This document shows, piece after piece, positions 1-5,590 of a stretch of 6,539 nucleotides of DNA. The translations under genes were made by a program, and so were the position numbers. This stretch comes from Zygophlyctis sp. KS116 (taxonomy: Eukaryota; Fungi; Chytridiomycota), in contig BAAFSQ010000435.1 in the NCBI GenBank assembly GCA_054661495.1, forward strand, positions 1 to 6,539, in the 5' to 3' direction. Positions within the stretch are counted from its first letter, which is position 1; each line of letters begins with the position of its first letter. The notes beneath the pieces are model-generated. The model did no database searches. It worked only from the letters and a program-made list of their open reading frames with translations, and was not told the origin of the DNA.

Positions 1-123
1 ATATGCCCATTCCACAGAGATGTTGATCGCCTCGCAGAAAGCTGACGACTCTTTCAAATTCAGTCGCTCAATGATCAATATTAGTAACTCTTGAGGCAGA
101 TTCTGGATATTCTTTGCTGCCAT
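1..123 (-). CDS. 5' part of an F-box-like domain protein, truncated by the window edge and absent from the ORF track
   Basis: The ATG at 123-121 (context AATAATGG) opens 41 uninterrupted codons to the edge: MAAKNIQNLPQELLILIIERLNLKESSAFCEAINISVEWAY. The N-terminal I-x-x-LP-x-E-LL-x-x-I-x-x-x-L pattern matches the F-box signature. Confidence 0.65.
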   Translation of the reverse strand, partial: MAAKNIQNLPQELLILIIERLNLKESSAFCEAINISVEWAY

Positions 124-274
124 TATTTATTCAATTTTCTCGTTGTTCAAGTCGTGGAATGGAGTTTAGCGCCACTTGTATAATAACACACTATTAGTTG
201 TTTTCTACATTTTGCGAATGGAGATTGACCAAAAACATAGCAGACTGACTGATGCAAAGATCAAGAGTAATTTA

Positions 275-844
275 TTAATTGAATAATCGTATCATTGGTC
301 TTATTCCCGGACAAATCATTTGTGCGACTAATCTTTCATTTCTGATCTTTGGAGATATTTCAACGACTGAAGGTCTTTCTGAGAGCTTTTTCGTCAAGTG
401 AATTCCCGCAAACTGTTTTTCTAAAAGAGATTGTAATGCAACAAACTTTGAGTGATAGAATGGTATATCATCAATAGATTTTCTTTTTGATAGACACTGA
501 TTTACTTTTAAACTAGTGATTTTTAGATTCAGTGATTTTTGAGCTTCCAATGAATTTAAAGAGTTTGGATCAATATAAGATGATGAGATTTGTCGAGATA
601 AAAGAAAAACAGCTCCATATCTCTTTGAAATACTTTGCAAGACTAGAGCTTGTCTATGATTCTCTGGCTTTCCTAGCAAAACTCCCAAACGAGGAACATG
701 CACTTGCTCTTTCAGTTTCTTCCAAACAAGAGGATCAGCGACCAAATTCAGAAAGAAGGCATTAACTTTTGATAGAATGAAAAGATCAACATCATCAATA
801 AACTCTAGAATGTTGAACCAGAGCTCAACAGGTAGATTTGCCAT
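275..844 (-). CDS. F-box protein (189 aa) with degenerate RPEL-like repeats
   Basis: The N-terminus NLPVELWFNILEFIDDVDLFILSKVNAFFLNLVADPLVWKKL is a canonical F-box (LP-x-E, I-L-x-F, LS-x-V, D-x-x-x-W). Two downstream repeats, VNQCLSKRKSIDDI and LTKKLSERPSVVEI, resemble the RPEL motif. Confidence 0.8.
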   Translation of the reverse strand: MANLPVELWFNILEFIDDVDLFILSKVNAFFLNLVADPLVWKKLKEQVHVPRLGVLLGKPENHRQALVLQSISKRYGAVFLLSRQISSSYIDPNSLNSLEAQKSLNLKITSLKVNQCLSKRKSIDDIPFYHSKFVALQSLLEKQFAGIHLTKKLSERPSVVEISPKIRNERLVAQMICPGIRPMIRLFN

Positions 845-943
845 TCTCTTTCAAATGAAACTCTCAAAGGGGGCGTTTGTCACATGCGGTAACACTTAAC
901 TGTATTCATTATCAGAAAGTCGTAAAGTAGATTCTATTTGTTA

Positions 944-1981
944 TTAGTTCATCCCATTAAAAGAATAAAATAACACTTTCCATTCTCCTTGCTCATATAC
1001 TTTATCCTGCATACAAAATCCCGTAAAATCAAGATCTGATGAAATTTCTTGAGCTGAAACTATTGAAACTGAAAATGATCCTGGTTTAAATACTTTCAAG
1101 TTCTTTTGAATTAATTCCTTTAATGAATATTCTTGACTGGAATCAATTTCTGAAACTGGAACACTAGTTTCAAAAGAAATATAAGAACAATGATTTTGTG
1201 GAGTTATATGAATCGTAAAGTAATACTGCCCAACTAATCCATTCAAAGAGTATCCACAGGGATCGAAAATATAATCATTTATAATTGCTTTTGGATAAAT
1301 TTCTGAAATACTACTACTTTTGTACAACAGAGTACAATTTTCAGATTTCCAAAATTGATTTGTAATATTTGCATCAATATTAGACATTTGAATTTCAATA
1401 GTGATATCATGACCTGCAATAAAGCCAGAACTTTTTTTAGATTGACAAATTATAATTGACCAATCATCAACTTTATCAGCAATCACAGATTTGTAAGAAA
1501 AGTCATCTTTAAGTATACTCTTTATAAATCCAACTTCATCATTCCATGTCCGATGAGGATATTCTTGATTTTCAGGAAACATATATCCCTTGTGAGAATA
1601 AAAGAGAGAATCCACTGCAGAAAAAGAGCATGCATCAGCCATTTGAATAAGCTTGCGCAATGCAAGTAAAAGTGTAGTTGTTCCACAAGTCTTTAATATA
1701 ATTCTGTCCGGAAACACAAAAAGGGAAGATTCAGAGAGTAAATACGCAATACAATATTGGTTTTCAATGACATCCAAAATCTGGCATTGAACAATGTCTA
1801 AAACCTCTTGCCAATGCGATCTAGGAACAGAACACAATCCATCCAATGCATTATCGGAGCCATCAAAACTATTCTCCAAAGAATAATCCATCGTCGGGAC
1901 GGAATCAAAAGAATCCGTTTTTCTAAAAACAATTTCCAAGACTTTTTCAACTCCTTCAAAACTAAACTGCTGCGAATTCAT
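944..1981 (-). CDS. SPE2: S-adenosylmethionine decarboxylase proenzyme (eukaryotic, pyruvoyl-dependent), 345 aa, intronless
   Basis: Family motifs occur in order: FEGVEKVLEI, the autocleavage site YLLSE|SSLFV, ILKTCGTT, Q-x-YPHR-x-W-x-x-EV, DITIEIQM, FDPCGYSLNG, YFTIHITP, SYISFET and FKPGSF. Confidence 0.96.
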   Translation of the reverse strand: MNSQQFSFEGVEKVLEIVFRKTDSFDSVPTMDYSLENSFDGSDNALDGLCSVPRSHWQEVLDIVQCQILDVIENQYCIAYLLSESSLFVFPDRIILKTCGTTTLLLALRKLIQMADACSFSAVDSLFYSHKGYMFPENQEYPHRTWNDEVGFIKSILKDDFSYKSVIADKVDDWSIIICQSKKSSGFIAGHDITIEIQMSNIDANITNQFWKSENCTLLYKSSSISEIYPKAIINDYIFDPCGYSLNGLVGQYYFTIHITPQNHCSYISFETSVPVSEIDSSQEYSLKELIQKNLKVFKPGSFSVSIVSAQEISSDLDFTGFCMQDKVYEQGEWKVLFYSFNGMN

Positions 1982-2003
1982 TCTCTTCTCTAGTTAAAGC
2001 CCC

Positions 2004-2018
2004 TCAGAGCTCTTGCAT
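2004..2018 (-). promoter_or_regulatory. uORF2 in the AdoMetDC leader (MQEL*)
   Basis: The minus strand reads ATG CAA GAG CTC TGA, ending 22 nt before the main ATG. The function is inferred. Confidence 0.45.
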
Positions 2019-2042
2019 GCAACAGAAACAACAGGATCTTGG

Positions 2043-2060
2043 TTAGGACTCAATTCGCAT
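2043..2060 (-). promoter_or_regulatory. uORF1 in the AdoMetDC leader (MRIES*)
   Basis: The minus strand reads ATG CGA ATT GAG TCC TAA. It ends Ser-stop, like known polyamine-responsive AdoMetDC uORFs. Whether it lies inside the transcript is not shown. Confidence 0.45.
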
Positions 2061-2071
2061 TAAATGAACCT

Positions 2072-2095
2072 GTGGCACTCGAAACGGTGGCACTC
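2072..2095. repeat. Direct repeat GTGGCACTC x2, a candidate promoter element
   Basis: Exact 9-mer at 2072-2080 and 2087-2095, within the 133-nt ArgRS/AdoMetDC intergenic region. Confidence 0.7.
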
Positions 2096-2114
2096 AATTT
2101 AAAAATTATAAACT

Positions 2115-4457
2115 TCACATTCTTTCAAGAGGTACCAATCCTAACATCTCTAAAGCATTTCTAAGAATCTTTCTAGCAGCAGAGTACATGTAAAGTCTAG
2201 CCATGGCTACATCCTTTTCACGGTTAAGAACATAGAGTGAATCTAATGCAGCAGATACAGCATGTGATAAACGTAGTACGTAAGATACCAGTGTATTTGG
2301 TTCCAGGTTAGTCCTAATTTCTGCCAAGAGTGTTGGATATAACAAAAACATGTCTAAAAGTGCTTGAGCTCTTGGTTCAACAAGCAAATCCAAATTTGGG
2401 GATTCTAGGGGTCCATAGGCTTCCAATGCAGCTCTTTCAATTGAACATAAACGGGCATGTGCATATTGAAGATAACTAAAAATTAAATTAAAATATTTAC
2501 GGTCCAGTGTCTCCTTCAAATGAAAGCATTCGATTCCAATCAAATTCATAGTCTTTATGCCTACGAGCAGTCATATCTTGGATTATTATAGATGACATTC
2601 CAACAACATCCGCAACATAATTAGGATCTTCAATTTGTGCGTATTTGACTTCATTCTTCTTCATTACTGCATGCATTTCTTCCTGAACTTGATTTAATAT
2701 ATCCTCTAGAAAAACAACACTTCCTTTTCTTGTTGACATGTTTCCATCTTTGGATTTTATTAGCCCAAAATTAATATGATGACATTTAGAAGACCATTCT
2801 TTTCCCATAAGATCTAAAATTTTGAAAAGTTGTTTGAAATGATGTTCTTGTTGTGATCCAACGACATAAAACATCTCATCAAAATCATACTTCATTTTAC
2901 GATGAATATTTGCAGCAATGTCTCTAGATAAATAAAGCATAGATCCGTCAGTTTTCCCAATAATTGCAGCTCCTAATTTATATTGATTCAAGTCAACCAT
3001 AAGTGCTCCTTGATCTGGTTTTAAAAGATTAAGAGACTTTAACTCATCAAGAACATCCTTCATTTGATTTAATGAATATTGAGATTCTCCTGAATAAACG
3101 TCAAAGGATACATTCAATCTTGAATAGATTTCCTTGTACTTTACAATGGATAAATCTCTAAATCTTTGCCATAAATCCAAAGCTTGAACATCTCCTAACA
3201 AATTTAATCAATAGAATTACCATCTTCCATTCTCTTAAAGTATGCTCTAGCTTGATCATGAATTTCAGGATTATCAGTAGCATCTGCGTTAATTTTGACA
3301 TAAACATCAAAAAGATGACGAATTGCATCCTTTTCCAGTTCCTCATTAGATCCATATTTTTCAAATCCAACAGCCAGTAAACCATACTGTTTACCCCAAT
3401 CTCCTAAATAATTGATAGAAAGAGTCTCCCAACCATTAGCACGTAAAACATGTGTCACAAAATTCCCAATTATAGTAGATCTTAAATGCCCAGCATGAAA
3501 CGGCTTTGCAATATTTGGAGAGGAAAATTCCACAACACCAAAATTCCCAAACCCATAAGAATTCTCTCCAAATTTCTTATCTAAACCATGAACTTGCATT
3601 AAAACTTTTTTATGCAACTTTATCTTATCCAACTTAAAATGAAGAAATGCATTATCTGGAATAGCTTCTACTATATAGTCTGTTAATATAAACTTTTTAG
3701 CCATTTCCTTTACAAATTCCAAAACATTAACATCTTTTAACCTTAATCTTGGAATAGGAACAGATAAATCTCCCTTTTTCTTATCTCTTGGTTCTTCTAT
3801 AATAGAGTATAAAAACTCTACTGAAGCCTCTGGTTTAGAAACAATCTGAGAAATTTGATTAGCAATCTCAAACTTTACTGAATGTAGTAAATCTAATCCC
3901 AGCAGTGCATCATTTAATTCCTTTTTAGCTTTTTGCACAGACTGTAAATCTTCAATTCTTTGTATATAATCAGACACAATTTTAGAGTAATTTTGAATAT
4001 CAAGTAGAGACTTTGAAATCAAGCAATCCCAAGTCAAAAAATCCGCCAAACTTACAACTTCATTTCCTAGCAGAAATCTAGAATTTGTCAAGATATTTTC
4101 CACTTTTTGACAAATAATTTCAATTGAATTTAATTTTAAAAATTCAATCCAAGAATCAATTTGAATCGAATCGAACCGCTCTGAATTGCCTTTTCCTAAA
4201 TGTCTAGAGATGAATCTGATCGCATTCAATTTTCCCTGTAAAATAACTCGTTTGTCAGTTTTTAACAATGGATTTATAATCAATCTAGACTTTGCAGAGT
4301 GGACATTCCAATCCAACCCAATCTTTAGCCCATCGCCTTTTAAGGAATAGTATAATGCAGTCTCTGCCCATGGGATACATTGAGGAGAAAACAAGAGAAA
4401 TAATCGTTTTTGTGAATTCATTTTCTGTAACCTGACCAGACTCACGATTGCGGCCAT
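2115..4457 (-). CDS. RARS: Arginyl-tRNA synthetase with an N-terminal GST-like extension; exons 4457-3221, 3194-2501 and 2475-2115 (763 aa; 751 aa from the ATG at 4421)
   Basis: HIGH region VVEFSSPNIAKPFHAGHLRSTIIG; NYLGDWGKQYG; KTDGSMLYLSRDIA; KMSKS-equivalent MSTRKG. The spliced junctions restore FKRMEDG|DVQALDLW and FEGDTGP|YLQYAHARL. The anticodon-binding domain ends LGLVPLERM*. The exons sum to 2292 nt = 764 codons. Confidence 0.96.
2476..2500 (-). other. Spliceosomal intron, 25 nt (ArgRS intron 2)
   Basis: CC|GTAAATATTTTAATTTAATTTTTAG|T. Removing it joins the 2497..3201 and 2115..2549 frames into the conserved GDTGPYLQYAHAR motif. Confidence 0.93.
3195..3220 (-). other. Spliceosomal intron, 26 nt (ArgRS intron 1)
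   Basis: G|GTAATTCTATTGATTAAATTTGTTAG|GA. Removing it gives the conserved FKRMEDGD-x-x-AL-x-LW-x-RFR. Confidence 0.93.
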
Positions 4458-4597
4458 GAACGTTTACTTACCTCCTTACATACAAGGTGGATAATTGATA
4501 TTTTTGGTAAATTATTTATATTGATTATCAAAGGCTCATACTACCCTTCCCAATAGATCATTGCAAGACTATTTATTGAAGGACAAATAACATAATT

Positions 4598-5302
4598 TTA
4601 CATTAGGGAGCAACGAGATTTTGTGCTAACAATGCCCAGCCCAATCTTGATGATTTCATCATTGATTTCAGCATCAACGATATCTTCCCATGAAATGTAT
4701 TTTTTGGTTTTCTTGATGACTCTCTTGACAAAATTTCTTTGATTTGTGTGCATGATGGATCCACTTATTGTAGTCAATGGGAAAGCCAAGAGAGTATTGG
4801 CAATTACATTTTGGATAGAAGGCGAGGAGAAAGCTTTACGTTCAACATCACAAACAATTTGGACAAAAATATCCGCAAAAGTCTGGCAGTTTCTGTACAA
4901 CCTTTGGTAATTGCCAAATTGTAAAATGAGGGCTTCTCCAACAGCTTTGATTGCCGCCAGTGGGAGAGATGTTGATCCAATTTCCTCTTTTGCAGTCACT
5001 TTACCTTGATCAATCCATTCCTGTTCAAAGTTTTCACTTTTAAACTTGATTCCAACTGGCTTTCTGTCGTCATCCAATTTAAAAAGAAGGTGATTCAAGT
5101 ATCCATCAACAACTAGACCCCAATGACCAGTCGTTCCACTGGCCCATCCAGAGAAGAATGGAGCTTTTCCACACATAACCACTCCATAAACCAAAACAGC
5201 TTCCACTCTTCGGCTTTTGATAGACTCCTTGTACTGGCCTTTTGCAGCACTAATAATAGACTCTTTTTCTTCTTCTGTTAAAACTTCTGACGGAACATCC
5301 AT
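4598..5302 (-). CDS. Permuted papain-fold (PPPDE/DeSI- or LRAT-like) putative cysteine hydrolase, 234 aa, with a C-terminal CaaX box
   Basis: The catalytic residues are in His-before-Cys order: GHWGLVVDG (H60) and YQRLYRNCQTFA (C139), matching the Y-x-x-L-x-x-NC-x-x-F motif. The IG-x-T element lies between them. The protein ends KSRCSLM*. Confidence 0.72.
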   Translation of the reverse strand: MDVPSEVLTEEEKESIISAAKGQYKESIKSRRVEAVLVYGVVMCGKAPFFSGWASGTTGHWGLVVDGYLNHLLFKLDDDRKPVGIKFKSENFEQEWIDQGKVTAKEEIGSTSLPLAAIKAVGEALILQFGNYQRLYRNCQTFADIFVQIVCDVERKAFSSPSIQNVIANTLLAFPLTTISGSIMHTNQRNFVKRVIKKTKKYISWEDIVDAEINDEIIKIGLGIVSTKSRCSLM

Positions 5303-5590
5303 ATGATTTGAGATTCAAATTCTTAATGATTTTTTTGAAAGTGCAAAATGACATGTCACCATACAGTTGGCGTCGGTGGCGTCCTTGAAATTAACCCACC
5401 ATATGTCTAGCAACCAACAATGGCAGAAACGACCGCTTTGCCAAATTGGTCGGGGATGCTCTGAAAATTTCTTGGACTAAAATAACATTAGATGACTCTA
5501 AATTTGCGCAGTCTATCATGAAGGGAATAATTGACGAGTCCGAACATCAGAATTTGGATTTGACTGATACCCTACCTCACGATTTGGGCC
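5303..5590. promoter_or_regulatory. Divergent intergenic region / putative bidirectional promoter
   Basis: It lies between head-to-head genes and contains the perfect palindrome TGACATGTCA (5349-5358) and tandem TGGCGTC copies (5368-5374, 5377-5383). Confidence 0.5.

Noticed and set aside
532-765. 77-aa plus-strand ORF
   Set aside because: It is an antisense shadow of the F-box gene, with a non-ATG start and no recognisable motif.
1808-1993. 61-aa plus-strand ORF
   Set aside because: It is antisense to AdoMetDC and has no supporting features.
2115-3385. ArgRS split into three ORFs, suggesting frameshifts or a pseudogene
   Set aside because: Two clean GT-AG introns restore the conserved motifs exactly. 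The 3158..3385 ORF is only an alternative frame.
4436-4453. CCAGA-CTCACGA-TTGCGG resembling a tRNA anticodon arm
   Set aside because: The stem is imperfect, and no acceptor stem, D arm or TTC arm can be found.
4470-4478. Perfect Shine-Dalgarno-like TAAGGAGGT (minus strand) 12 nt upstream of ArgRS ATG-4457
   Set aside because: The gene has spliceosomal introns and eukaryote-specific neighbours, and no other gene here shows an SD. It overlaps an AG|GTAAGT donor-like site and is most likely coincidence.
4739-4924. 61-aa plus-strand ORF
   Set aside because: It is antisense within the PPPDE-like gene and has a non-ATG start.
5420-5480. Possible antizyme-like +1 frameshift at CTC-TGA-A (tempting given the nearby polyamine gene)
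   Set aside because: The +1 frame stops after 5 codons, and none of the frames resembles antizyme.
5488-5568. Possible C/D snoRNA (AGATGA...CTGA; AATTTGCGC complementary to a conserved 18S stretch)
   Set aside because: Box C is imperfect, the match is only 9 nt and not positioned next to a D/D' box, and there is no convincing terminal stem.
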